From positions 115,630,001 through 115,694,000 of the forward strand of contig OZ024741.1 of NCBI GenBank assembly GCA_964016885.1: DNA of 64,000 nt, in the 5' to 3' direction. A program made the translations under genes and the position numbers. The notes under the pieces were generated by a model that made no database searches, was not told the DNA's origin, and was given only the letters and a program-made list of their open reading frames with translations. Numbering within the stretch: the stretch's first letter is position 1; every line of letters begins with the position of its first letter. Positions 42,401 through 57,010 of this stretch are shown piece by piece. Source of the DNA: Eledone cirrhosa. Lineage: Eukaryota.

Positions 42401-45400
42401 AGGTGGGGGTTACATTTGTCATAGAATATAGATATAACTCTGATTGAAAGATTTTGTTGAGGTGGGGGTTACATTTGTCATAGAATATAGATATAACTCT
42501 GATAGAAAGATGATCTTGAGGTAGGGGTTACACTTGTCCTAGGATATAGATATAACCTTGATTGAAAGATGTTCTTGAGGTAGGGGTTACATTTGTCATA
42601 GAGTATAGATATAACTCTGTTTGAAAGATGTTCTTGAGATGGGGGTTACATTTGTCATAGAATATAGATATAACTCTGACTGAATGATTTGGTTGAGTTA
42701 GGGTTACATTTGTCATAGAATATAGATATAACTCTGATTGAAAGATGTTCTTCAGGTGGGGGTTACATTTGTCATAGAACATAGATATAACTCTGATTGA
42801 AAGGTTTTGTTGAGGTGGGGTTACATTTGTCATAGAATATAGATATAACTCTGACTGAAAGATGTTCTTGCGGTGGGGGTTACAATTGTCATAGAATACA
42901 GATATCACTCTGATTGAAAGATTATCTTGAGGTAGGGGTTACATTTGTCATAGAATATAGATATAACTCTGATTGAAAGATTTTGTTGAGGTGGGGGTTA
43001 CATTTGTCATAGAATATAGATATAACTCTGATAGAAAGATGTGGTTGAGGTGAGGGTTACATTTGTCATAGAATATAGATATAACTCTGATAGAAAGATG
43101 TTCTTGAGGTGGGGGTTACATTTGTCATAGAATATAGATATAACCCTGATTGAAAGATGTTCTGGAGGTGGGGTTACATTTGTCATAGAATATAGATATA
43201 ACTCAGACTAAAAGATTATCTTGAGGTAGGGGTTACATTTGTTATAGAATATAGATATAACCCTGATTGAAAGATGTTCTTGAGGTGGGGGTTACAATTG
43301 TCATAGAATATAGATATAACTCTGATTGAAAGATGTTCTTGAGGTAGGGGTTACATTTGTCATAGAATATAGATATAACTCTGATAGAAAGATGTTCTTG
43401 GGGTAGGGGTTACATTTGTCATAGAATATACATATAATTCTGACTGAAAGATGTTCTTGAGGTGGGGGTTACATTTGTCATAGAATATAGATATAACTCT
43501 GAGTGAAAGATGTTCTTGAGGTGGGGGTTACATTTGTCATAGAATATACATATAATTCTGACTGAAAAATCTTCTTGAGGTGGGGGTTACATTTGACATA
43601 GAATATAGATATAACTCTGATAGAAAGATGTTCTTGGGGTAGGGGTTACATTTGTCATAGAATATACATATAATTCTGACTGAAAGATGTTCTTGAGGTG
43701 GGGGTTACATTTGTCATAGAATATAGATATAACTCAGATTGAAAGATGTGGTTGAGGTGGGGGTTACATTCGTCATAGAATATACATATAATTCTGACTG
43801 AAAGATGTTCTTGAGGTGGGGGTTACATTTGTCATAAAATATAGATATAACTCTGTTTGAAAGATGTGGTTGAGGTGGGGTTTACATTCGTCATAGAATA
43901 TAGATATAACCCTGACTGAAAGATGTTCTTGAGGTGGGGGTTACATTTGTCATAGAATATAGATATAACTCTGATAGAAAGATGTTCTTGGGGTAGGGAT
44001 TACATTTGTCATAGAATATAGATATAACTCTGATAGAAAGATGATCTTGAGGTGGGGGTTACATTTGTCATAGAATATAGATATAACTCTGACTGAGAAG
44101 ATGTTCTTGAGGTGGGGGTTACATTTGTCATAGAATATAGATATAACTCTGATAGAAAGATGTTCTTGGGGTAGGGGTTACATTTGTCATAGAATATATA
44201 TATAACTCTGTTTGAAAGATGTTTTGAGGTGGGGGTTACATTTGTCATAGAATATAGATATAACTCTGACTGAAAGATATTATTGAGGTAGGGGTTACAA
44301 TTGTCATAGAATATAGATATAACTCTGATCGAAAGATATGCTTGAGGTGGGGGTTACATTTGTCATAGAATATAGATATAACTCAGATTGAAAGATGTTC
44401 TTGAGGTGAGGGTTACATTTCTCATGGAATATAGATATAACTCTGATTGAAAGATGTTCTTGAGTTGGGGTTACATTTGCCATAGGATATAGATATAACC
44501 CTGATGGAAAGATGTTCTTGATGTGGGGGTTACATTTGTCATAGAATATAGATATCATTCTGATTGAAAGATTTTGTTGAGGTAGGGGTTACATTTGTCA
44601 TAGAATATAGATATAACTCTGATTGAAAGATTTTGTTGAGGTGGGGGTTACATTTGTCATAGAATATAGATATAACTCTGATAGAAAGATGTTCTTGAGG
44701 TGGGGGTTACATTTGTCATAGAATATAGATATAACCCTGATTGAAAGATGTTCCGGAGGTGGGGTTACATTTGTCATAGAATATAGTTATAACTCAGACT
44801 AAAAGATTATCTTGAGGTAGGGTTTACATTTGTTATAGAATATAGATATAACCCTGATTGAAAGATGTTCTTGAGGTGTTGGTTACATTTGTCATAGAAT
44901 ATAGATATAACTCTGATAGAAAGATGTTCTTGAGGTGGGGGTTACATTTGTCATAGAATATAGATATAACTCTGATTGAAAGATGTTCTTGAGGTGGAGG
45001 TTACATTTGTCATAGAATATAGATATAACTCTAATTGAAAGATGTTCTTGAGTTGGGGGTTACATTTGTCATAGAATATAGATATAACTCTGATTGAAAG
45101 ATGTTCTTGAGGTGGGGGTTACAATTGTCATAGAATATAGATATAACTCTGATTGAAAGATGTTCTTGATGTGGGCGTTACATTTGTCATAGAATATAGA
45201 TATAACCCAGAATGAAAGATGTTCTTGAGGTGGGGGTTACATTTGTAATAGAATATAGATATAACTCTGATTGAAAGATGTTCTTGAGGTGGTAGTTACA
45301 TTTGTCATAGAATATAGATATAACTCTGATTGAAAGATGTTCTTGAGGTGGGGGTTACATTTGTCATAGAATATACATATAATTCTGACTGAAAAATGTT

Positions 45401-48400
45401 CTTGAGGTGGGGGTTACATTTGTCATAGAATATAGATATAACTCTGATAGAAAGATGTTCTTGGGGTAGGGGTTATATTTGTCGTAGAATATACATATAA
45501 TTCTGACTGAAAGATGTTCTTGAGGTGGGGGTTACATTTGTCATAGAATATAGTTATAACTCTGAGTGAAAGATGTTCTTGAGGTGGGGGTTACATTTGT
45601 CATAGAATATAGATACAACTCTGATAGAAACATGTTCTTGGGGTAGGGGTTACATTTGTCATAGAATATACATATAATTCTGACTGAAAGATGTTCTTGA
45701 GGTGGGGGTTACATTTGTCATAGAACATAGATATAACTCTGACTGAAAGATGTTCTTGAGGTGGGGGTTACATTTGTCATAGAATATAGATATAACTCTG
45801 ATAGAAAGATGTTATTGGGGTAGGGGTTACATTTGTCATAGAATATAGATATAATTCTGACTGAAAGATGTTCTTGAGGTGGGGGTTACATTTGTCATAG
45901 AACATAGATATAACTCTGACTGAAAGATGTTCTTGAGGTGGGTGTTACATTTGTCATAGAATATAGATATAACTCTGATAGAAAGTTGTTCTTGGGGTAG
46001 GGGTTACATTTGTCATAGAATATACATATAATTCTGACTGAAAGATGTTCTTGAGGTGGGGGTTACATTTGTCATAGAATATATATATTACTCTGACTGA
46101 AAGATATTATTGAGGTAGGGGTTACAATTGTCATAGAATATAGATATAACTCTGATCGAAAGATATACTTGAGGTGGGGTTACATTTGTCATAGAATATA
46201 GATATAACTCTGATTGAAAGATACACTTGAGGTGAGGGTTACATTTCTCATGGAATATAGATATAATTCTGACTGAAAGATGTTCTTGAGGTGGGGGTTA
46301 CATTTATCATAGAATATAGATATAACTCTGAGTGAAAGATGATCTTGAGGTAGGGGTTACACTTGTCCTAGGATATAGATATAACCTTGATTGAAAGATG
46401 TTCTTGAGGTAGGGGTTACATTTGTCATAGAGTATAGATATAACTCTGTTTGAAAGATATTCTTGAGATGGGGGTTACATTTGTCATAGAATATAGATAT
46501 AACTCTGATTGAATGATTTGGTTGAGTTAGGGTTACATTTGTCATAGAATATAGATATAACTCTGATTGAAAGATGTTCTTCAGGTGGGGGTTACATTTG
46601 TCATAGAACATAGATATAACTCTGATTGAAAGGTTTTGTTGAGGTGGGGTTACATTTGTCATAGAATATAGATATAACTCTGACTGAAAGATGTTCTTGA
46701 GGTGGGGGTTACAATTGTCATAGAATACAGATATCACTCTGATTGAAAGATTATCTTGAGGTAGGGGTTACATTTGTCATAGAATATAGATATAACTCTG
46801 ATTGAATGATTTTGTTGAGGTGGGGGTTACATTTGTCATAGAATATAGATATAACTCTGATAGAAAGATGTGGTTGAGGTGAGGGTTACATTTGTCATAG
46901 AATATAGATATAACTCTGATAGAAAGATGTTCTTGAGGTGGGGGTTACATTTGTCATAGAATATAGATATAACCCTGATTGAAAGATGTTCTGGAGGTGG
47001 GGTTACATTTGTCATAGAATATAGATATAACTCAGACTAAAAGATTATCTTGAGGTAGGGGTTACATTTGTTATAGAATATAGATATAACCCTGATTGAA
47101 AGATGTTCTTGAGGTGGGGGTTACATTTGTCATAGAATATAGATATAACTCTGATTGAAAGATGTTCTTGAGGTGGGGGTTACAATTGTCATAGAATATA
47201 GATATAACTCTGATTGAAAGATGTTCTTGAGGTAGGGGTTACATTTGTCATAGAATATAGATATAACTCTGATAGAAAGATGTTCTTGGGGTAGGGGTTA
47301 CATTTGTCATAGAGTATAGATATAACTCTGTTTGAAAGATGTTCTTGAGATGGGGGTTACATTTGTCATAGAATATAGATATAACTCTGACTGAATGATT
47401 TGGTTGAGTTAGGGTTACATTTGTCATAGAATATAGATATAACTCTGATTGAAAGATGTTCTTCAGGTGGGGGTTACATTTGTCATAGAACATAGATATA
47501 ACTCTGATTGAAAGGTTTTGTTGAGGTGGGGTTACATTTGTCATAGAATATAGATATAACTCTGACTGAAAGATGTTCTTGCGGTGGGGGTTACAATTGT
47601 CATAGAATACAGATATCACTCTGATTGAAAGATTATCTTGAGGTAGGGGTTACATTTGTCATAGAATATAGATATAACTCTGATTGAAAGATTTTGTTGA
47701 GGTGGGGGTTACATTTGTCATAGAATATAGATATAACTCTGATAGAAAGATGTGGTTGAGGTGAGGGTTACATTTGTCATAGAATATAGATATAACTCTG
47801 ATAGAAAGATGTTCTTGAGGTGGGGGTTACATTTGTCATAGAATATAGATATAACCCTGATTGAAAGATGTTCTGGAGGTGGGGTTACATTTGTCATAGA
47901 ATATAGATATAACTCAGACTAAAAGATTATCTTGAGGTAGGGGTTACATTTGTTATAGAATATAGATATAACCCTGATTGAAAGATATTCTTGAGGTGGG
48001 GGTTACATTTGTCATAGAATATAGATATAACTCTGATTGAAAGATGTTCTTGAGGTGGGGGTTACAATTGTCATAGAATATAGATATAACTCTGATTGAA
48101 AGATGTTCTTGAGGTAGGGGTTACATTTGTCATAGAATATAGATATAACTCTGATAGAAAGATGTTCTTGGGGTAGGGGTTACATTTGTCATAGAATATA
48201 CATATAATTCTGACTGAAAGATGTTCTTGAGGTGGGGGTTACATTTGTCATAGAATATAGATATAACTCTGAGTGAAAGATGTTCTTGAGGTGGGGGTTA
48301 CATTTGTCATAGAATATACATATAATTCTGACTGAAAAATCTTCTTGAGGTGGGGGTTACATTTGACATAGAATATAGATATAACTCTGATAGAAAGATG

Positions 48401-51400
48401 TTCTTGGGGTAGGGGTTACATTTGTCATAGAATATACATATAATTCTGACTGAAAGATGTTCTTGAGGTGGGGGTTACATTTGTCATAGAATATAGATAT
48501 AACTCAGATTGAAAGATGTGGTTGAGGTGGGGGTTACATTCGTCATAGAATATACATATAATTCTGACTGAAAGATGTTCTTGAGGTGGGGGTTACATTT
48601 GTCATAAAATATAGATATAACTCTGTTTGAAAGATGTGGTTGAGGTGGGGGTTACATTCGTCATAGAATATAGATATAACCCTGACTGAAAGATGTTCTT
48701 GAGGTGGGGGTTACATTTGTCATAGAATATAGATATAACTCTGATAGAAAGATGTTCTTGGGGTAGGGATTACATTTGTCATAGAATATAGATATAACTC
48801 TGATAGAAAGATGATCTTGAGGTGGGGGTTACATTTGTCATAGAATATAGATATAACTCTGACTGAGAAGATGTTCTTGAGGTGGGGGTTACATTTGTCA
48901 TAGAATATAGATATAACTCTGATAGAAAGATGTTCTTGGGGTAGGGGTTACATTTGTCATAGAATATATATATAACTCTGTTTGAAAGATGTTTTGAGGT
49001 GGGGGTTACATTTGTCATAGAATATAGATATAACTCTGACTGAAAGATATTATTGAGGTAGGGGTTACAATTGTCATAGAATATAGATATAACTCTGATC
49101 GAAAGATATGCTTGAGGTGGGGGTTACATTTGTCATAGAATATAGATATAACTCAGATTGAAAGATGTTCTTGAGGTGAGGGTTACATTTCTCATGGAAT
49201 ATAGATATAACTCTGATTGAAAGATGTTCTTGAGTTGGGGTTACATTTGTCATAGGATATAGATATAACCCTGATGGAAAGATGTTCTTGATGTGGGGGT
49301 TACATTTGTCATAGAATATAGATATCGTTCTGATTGAAAGATTTTGTTGAGGTAGGGGTTACATTTGTCATAGAATATAGATATAACTCTGATTGAAAGA
49401 TTTTGTTGAGGTGGGGGTTACATTTGTCATAGAATATAGATATAACTCTGATAGAAAGATGTTCTTGAGGTGGGGGTTACATTTGTCATAGAATATAGAT
49501 ATAACCCTGATTGAAAGATGTTCCGGAGGTGGGGTTACATTTGTCATAGAATATAGTTATAACTCAGACTAAAAGATTATCTTGAGGTAGGGTTTACATT
49601 TGTTATAGAATATAGATATAACCCTGATTGAAAGATGTTCTTGAGGTGTTGGTTACATTTGTCATAGAATATAGATATAACTCTGATAGAAAGATGTTCT
49701 TGAGGTGGGGGTTACATTTGTCATAGAATATAGATATAACTCTGATTGAAAGATGTTCTTGAGGTGGAGGTTACATTTGTCATAGAATATAGATATAACT
49801 CTAATTGAAAGATGTTCTTGAGTTGGGGGTTACATTTGTCATAGAATATAGATATAACTCTGATTGAAAGATGTTCTTGAGGTGGGGGTTACAATTGTCA
49901 TAGAATATAGATATAACTCTGATTGAAAGATGTTCTTGATGTGGGCGTTACATTTGTCATAGAATATAGATATAACCCAGAATGAAAGATGTTCTTGAGG
50001 TGGGGGTTACATTTGTAATAGAATATAGATATAACTCTGATTGAAAGATGTTCTTGAGGTGGTAGTTACATTTGTCATAGAATATAGATATAACTCTGAT
50101 TGAAAGATGTTCTTGAGGTGGGGGTTACATTTGTCATAGAATATACATATAATTCTGACTGAAAAATGTTCTTGAGGTGGGGGTTACATTTGTCATAGAA
50201 TATAGATATAACTCTGATAGAAAGATGTTCTTGGGGTAGGGGTTATATTTGTCGTAGAATATACAGATAATTCTGACTGAAAGATGTTCTTGAGGTGGGG
50301 GTTGCATTTGTCATAGAATATAGTTATAACTCTGAGTGAAAGATGTTCTTGAGGTGGGGGTTACATTTGTCATAGAATATAGATACAACTCTGATAGAAA
50401 CATGTTCTTGGGGTAGGGGTTACATTTGTCATAGAATATACATATAATTCTGACTGAAAGATGTTCTTGAGGTGGGGGTTACATTTGTCATAGAACATAG
50501 ATATAACTCTGACTGAAAGATGTTCTTGAGGTGGGGGTTACATTTGTCATAGAATATAGATATAACTCTGATAGAAAGATGTTATTGGGGTAGGGGTTAC
50601 ATTTGTCATAGAATATAGATATAACTCTGATAGAAAGTTGTTCTTGGGGTAGGGGTTACATTTGTCATAGAATATACATATAATTCTGACTGAAAGATGT
50701 TCTTGAGGTGGGGGTTACATTTGTCATAGAACATAGATATAACTCTGACTGAAAGATGTTCTTGAGGTGGGTGTTACATTTGTCATAGAATATAGATATA
50801 ACTCTGATAGAAAGTTGTTCTTGGGGTAGGGGTTACATTTGTCATAGAATATACATATAATTCTGACTGAAAGATGTTCTTGAGGTGGGGGTTACATTTG
50901 TCATAGAATATATATATTACTCTGACTGAAAGATATTATTGAGGTAGGGGTTACAATTGTCATAGAATATAGATATAACTCTGATCGAAAGATATACTTG
51001 AGGTGGGGTTACATTTGTCATAGAATATAGATATAACTCTGATTGAAAGATACACTTGAGGTGAGGGTTACATTTCTCATGGAATATAGATATAATTCTG
51101 ACTGAAAGATGTTCTTGAGGTGGGGGTTACATTTATCATAGAATATAGATATAACTCTGAGTGAAAGATGATCTTGAGGTAGGGGTTACACTTGTCCTAG
51201 GATATAGATATAACCTTGATTGAAAGATGTTCTTGAGGTAGGGGTTACATTTGTCATAGAGTATAGATATAACTCTGTTTGAAAGATATTCTTGAGATGG
51301 GGGTTACATTTGTCATAGAATATAGATATAACTCTGATTGAATGATTTGGTTGAGTTAGGGTTACATTTGTCATAGAATATAGATATAACTCTGATTGAA

Positions 51401-52119
51401 AGATGTTCTTCAGGTGGGGGTTACATTTGTCATAGAACATAGATATAACTCTGATTGAAAGGTTTTGTTGAGGTGGGGTTACATTTGTCATAGAATATAG
51501 ATATAACTCTGACTGAAAGATGTTCTTGAGGTGGGGGTTACAATTGTCATAGAATACAGATATCACTCTGATTGAAAGATTATCTTGAGGTAGGGGTTAC
51601 ATTTGTCATAGAATATAGATATAACTCTGATTGAATGATTTTGTTGAGGTGGGGGTTACATTTGTCATAGAATATAGATATAACTCTGATAGAAAGATGT
51701 GGTTGAGGTGAGGGTTACATTTGTCATAGAATATAGATATAACTCTGATAGAAAGATGTTCTTGAGGTGGGGGTTACATTTGTCATAGAATATAGATATA
51801 ACCCTGATTGAAAGATGTTCTGGAGGTGGGGTTACATTTGTCATAGAATATAGATATAACTCAGACTAAAAGATTATCTTGAGGTAGGGGTTACATTTGT
51901 TATAGAATATAGATATAACCCTGATTGAAAGATGTTCTTGAGGTGGGGGTTACATTTGTCATAGAATATAGATATAACTCTGATTGAAAGATGTTCTTGA
52001 GGTGGGGGTTACAATTGTCATAGAATATAGATATAACTCTGATTGAAAGATGTTCTTGAGGTAGGGGTTACATTTGTCATAGAATATAGATATAACTCTG
52101 ATAGAAAGATGTTCTTGGG
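30796..52119 (+). repeat. Composite higher-order repeat A(3477)-B(4829)-A(3477)-B'(4711)-B(4829)
   Basis: The unit-start marker catagagtatag has its gag at 30818, 34295, 39124, 42601 and 47312. ORF offsets of 8306, 8247, 8188 and 4829 fit this layout. The A-specific marker ggtcgggg is at 32978 and 41284. The B-specific marker ttccggagg is at ~36504, ~44751 and ~49521. Confidence 0.88.
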
Positions 52120-55100
52120 GTAGGGGTTACATTTGTCATAGAATATACATATAATTCTGACTGAAAGATGTTCTTGAGGTGGGGGTTACATTTGTCATAG
52201 AATATAGATATAACTCTGATAGAAAGATGTTCTTGAGGTGGGGGTTACATTTGTCATAGAATATAGATATAACTCTGACTGAGAAGATGTTCTTGAGGTG
52301 GGGGTTACATTTGTCATAGAATATAGATATAACTCAGATTGAAAGATGTTCTTGAGGTGAGGGTTACATTTCTCATGGAATATAGATATAACTCTGATTG
52401 AAAGATGTTCTTGAGTTGGGGTTACATTTGTCATAGGATATAGATATAACCCTGATGGAAAGATGTTCTTGATGTGGGGGTTACATTTGTCATAGAATAT
52501 AGATATCATTCTGATTGAAAGATTTTGTTGAGGTAGGGGTTACATTTGTCATAGAATATAGATATAACTCTGATTGAAAGATTTTGTTGAGGTGGGGGTT
52601 ACATTTGTCATAGAATATAGATATAACTCTGATAGAAAGATGTTCTTGAGGTGGGGGTTACATTTGTCATAGAATATAGATATAACCCTGATTGAAAGAT
52701 GTTCTGGAGGTGGGGTTACATTTGTCATAGAATATAGTTATAACTCAGACTAAAAGATTATCTTGAGGTAGGGGTTACATTTGTTATAGAATATAGATAT
52801 AACCCTGATTGAAAGATGTTCTTGAGGTGTTGGTTACATTTGTCATAGAATATAGATATAACTCTGATAGAAAGATGTTCTTGAGGTGGGGGTTACATTT
52901 GTCATAGAATATAGATATAACTCTGATTGAAAGATGTTCTTGAGGTGGAGGTTACATTTGTCATAGAATATAGATATAACTCTAATTGAAAGATGTTCTT
53001 GAGTTGGGGGTTACATTTGTCATAGAATATAGATATAACTCTGATTGAAAGATGTTCTTGAGGTGGGGGTTACAATTGTCATAGAATATAGATATAACTC
53101 TGATTGAAAGATGTTCTTGATGTGGGCGTTACATTTGTCATAGAATATAGATATAACCCAGAATGAAAGATGTTCTTGAGGTGGGGGTTACATTTGTCAT
53201 AGAATATAGATATAACTCTGATTGAAAGATGTTCTTGAGGTGGTAGTTACATTTGTCATAGAATATAGATATAACTCTGATTGAAAGATGTTCTTGAGGT
53301 GGGGGTTACATTTGTCATAGAATATACATATAATTCTGACTGAAAAATGTTCTTGAGGTGGGGGTTACATTTGTCATAGAATATAGATATAACTCTGATA
53401 GAAAGATGTTCTTGGGGTAGGGGTTATATTTGTCGTAGAATATACATATAATTCTGACTGAAAGATGTTCTTGAGGTGGGGGTTACATTTGTTATAGAAT
53501 ATAGTTATAACTCTGAGTGAAAGATGTTCTTGAGGTGGGGGTTACATTTGTCATAAAATATAGATACAACTCTGATAGAAACATGTTCTTGGGGTAGGGG
53601 TTACATTTGTCATAGAATATACATATAATTCTGACTGAAAGATGTTCTTGAGGTGGGGGTTACATTTGTCATAGAACATAGATATAACTCTGACTGAAAG
53701 ATGTTCTTGAGGTGGGGGTTACATTTGTCATAGAATATAGATATAACTCTGATAGAAAGATGTTATTGGGGTAGGGGTTACATTTGTCATAGAATATAGA
53801 TATAACTCTGATAGAAAGTTGTTCTTGGGGTAGGGGTTACATTTGTCATAGAATATACATATAATTCTGACTGAAAGATGTTCTTGAGGTGGGGGTTACA
53901 TTTGTCATAGAACATAGATATAACTCTGACTGAAAGATGTTCTTGAGGTGGGGGTTACATTTGTCATAGAATATAGATATAACTCTGATAGAAAGTTGTT
54001 CTTGGGGTAGGGGTTACATTTGTCATAGAATATACATATAATTCTGACTGAAAGATGTTCTTGAGGTGGGGGTAACATTTGTCACAGAATATATATATTA
54101 CTCTGACTGAAAGATATTATTGAGGTAGGGGTTACAATTGTCATAGAATATAGATATAACTCTGATCGAAAGATATACTTGAGGTGGGGGTTACATTTGT
54201 CATAGAATATAGATATAACTCTGATTGAAAGATACACTTGAGGTGAGGGTTACATTTCTCATGGAATATAGATATAATTCTGACTGAAAGATGTTCTTGA
54301 GGTGGGGTTACATTTGTCATAGAATATAGATATAACTCAGACTAAAAGATTATCTTGAGGTAGGGGTTACATTTGTTATAGAATATAGATATAACCCTGA
54401 TTGAAAGATGTTCTTGAGGTGGGGGTTACATTTGTCATAGAATATAGATATAACTCTGATTGAAAGATGTTCTTGAGGTGGGGGTTACAATTGTCATAGA
54501 ATATAGATATAACTCTGATTGAAAGATGTTCTTGAGGTAGGGGTTACATTTGTCATAGAATATAGATATAACTCTGATAGAAAGATGTTCTTGGGGTAGG
54601 GGTTACATTTGTCATAGAATATACATATAATTCTGACTGAAAGATGTTCTTGAGGTGGGGGTTACATTTGTCATAGAATATAGATATAACTCTGATAGAA
54701 AGATGTTCTTGAGGTGGGGGTTACATTTGTCATAGAATATAGATATAACTCTGACTGAGAAGATGTTCTTGAGGTGGGGGTTACATTTGTCATAGAATAT
54801 AGATATAACTCTGATAGAAAGATGTTCTTGGGGTAGGGGTTACATTTGTCATAGAATATATATATAACTCTGTTTGAAAGATGTTTTGAGGTGGGGGTTA
54901 CATTTGTCATAGAATATAGATATAACTCTGACTGAAAGATATTATTGAGGTAGGGGTTACAATTGTCATAGAATATAGATATAACTCTGATCGAAAGATA
55001 TGCTTGAGGTGGGGGTTACATTTGTCATAGAATATAGATATAACTCAGATTGAAAGATGTTCTTGAGGTGAGGGTTACATTTCTCATGGAATATAGATAT

Positions 55101-57010
55101 AACTCTGATTGAAAGATGTTCTTGAGTTGGGGTTACATTTGTCATAGGATATAGATATAACCCTGATGGAAAGATGTTCTTGATGTGGGGGTTACATTTG
55201 TCATAGAATATAGATATCATTCTGATTGAAAGATTTTGTTGAGGTAGGGGTTACATTTGTCATAGAATATAGATATAACTCTGATTGAAAGATTTTGTTG
55301 AGGTGGGGGTTACATTTGTCATAGAATATAGATATAACTCTGATAGAAAGATGTTCTTGAGGTGGGGGTTACATTTGTCATAGAATATAGATATAACCCT
55401 GATTGAAAGATGTTCTGGAGGTGGGGTTACATTTGTCATAGAATATAGTTATAACTCAGACTAAAAGATTATCTTGAGGTAGGGGTTACATTTGTTATAG
55501 AATATAGATATAACCCTGATTGAAAGATGTTCTTGAGGTGTTGGTTACATTTGTCATAGAATATAGATATAACTCTGATAGAAAGATGTTCTTGAGGTGG
55601 GGGTTACATTTGTCATAGAATATAGATATAACTCTGATTGAAAGATGTTCTTGAGGTGGAGGTTACATTTGTCATAGAATATAGATATAACTCTAATTGA
55701 AAGATGATCTTGAGTTGGGGGTTACATTTGTCATAGAATATAGATATAACTCTGATTGAAAGATGTTCTTGAGGTGGGGGTTACAATTGTCATAGAATAT
55801 AGATATAACTCTGATTGAAAGATGTTCTTGATGTGGGCGTTACATTTGTCATAGAATATAGATATAACCCAGAATGAAAGATGTTCTTGAGGTGGGGGTT
55901 ACATTTGTCATAGAATATAGATATAACTCTGATTGAAAGATGTTCTTGAGGTGGTAGTTACATTTGTCATAGAATATAGATATAACTCTGATTGAAAGAT
56001 GTTCTTGAGGTGGGGGTTACATTTGTCATAGAATATACATATAATTCTGACTGAAAAATGTTCTTGAGGTGGGGGTTACATTTGTCATAGAATATAGATA
56101 TAACTCTGATAGAAAGATGTTCTTGGGGTAGGGGTTATATTTGTCGTAGAATATACATATAATTCTGACTGAAAGATGTTCTTGAGGTGGGGGTTACATT
56201 TGTTATAGAATATAGTTATAACTCTGAGTGAAAGATGTTCTTGAGGTGGGGGTTACATTTGTCATAAAATATAGATACAACTCTGATAGAAACATGTTCT
56301 TGGGGTAGGGGTTACATTTGTCATAGAATATACATATAATTCTGACTGAAAGATGTTCTTGAGGTGGGGGTTACATTTGTCATAGAACATAGATATAACT
56401 CTGACTGAAAGATGTTCTTGAGGTGGGGGTTACATTTGTCATAGAATATAGATATAACTCTGATAGAAAGATGTTATTGGGGTAGGGGTTACATTTGTCA
56501 TAGAATATAGATATAACTCTGATAGAAAGTTGTTCTTGGGGTAGGGGTTACATTTGTCATAGAATATACATATAATTCTGACTGAAAGATGTTCTTGAGG
56601 TGGGGGTTACATTTGTCATAGAACATAGATATAACTCTGACTGAAAGATGTTCTTGAGGTGGGGGTTACATTTGTCATAGAATATAGATATAACTCTGAT
56701 AGAAAGTTGTTCTTGGGGTAGGGGTTACATTTGTCATAGAATATACATATAATTCTGACTGAAAGATGTTCTTGAGGTGGGGGTAACATTTGTCACAGAA
56801 TATATATATTACTCTGACTGAAAGATATTATTGAGGTAGGGGTTACAATTGTCATAGAATATAGATATAACTCTGATCGAAAGATATACTTGAGGTGGGG
56901 GTTACATTTGTCATAGAATATAGATATAACTCTGATTGAAAGATACACTTGAGGTGAGGGTTACATTTCTCATGGAATATAGATATAATTCTGACTGAAA
57001 GATGTTCTTG
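51800..57010 (+). repeat. Tandem duplication, period 2711 bp (46 monomers); first copy lacks 4 monomers
   Basis: ggtaacatttgtcacag at 54071/56782 (+2711) and ORF starts 52509/55220 (+2711). gagaag at 52281/54757 is +2476, which is 2711 minus 235. Confidence 0.83.
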
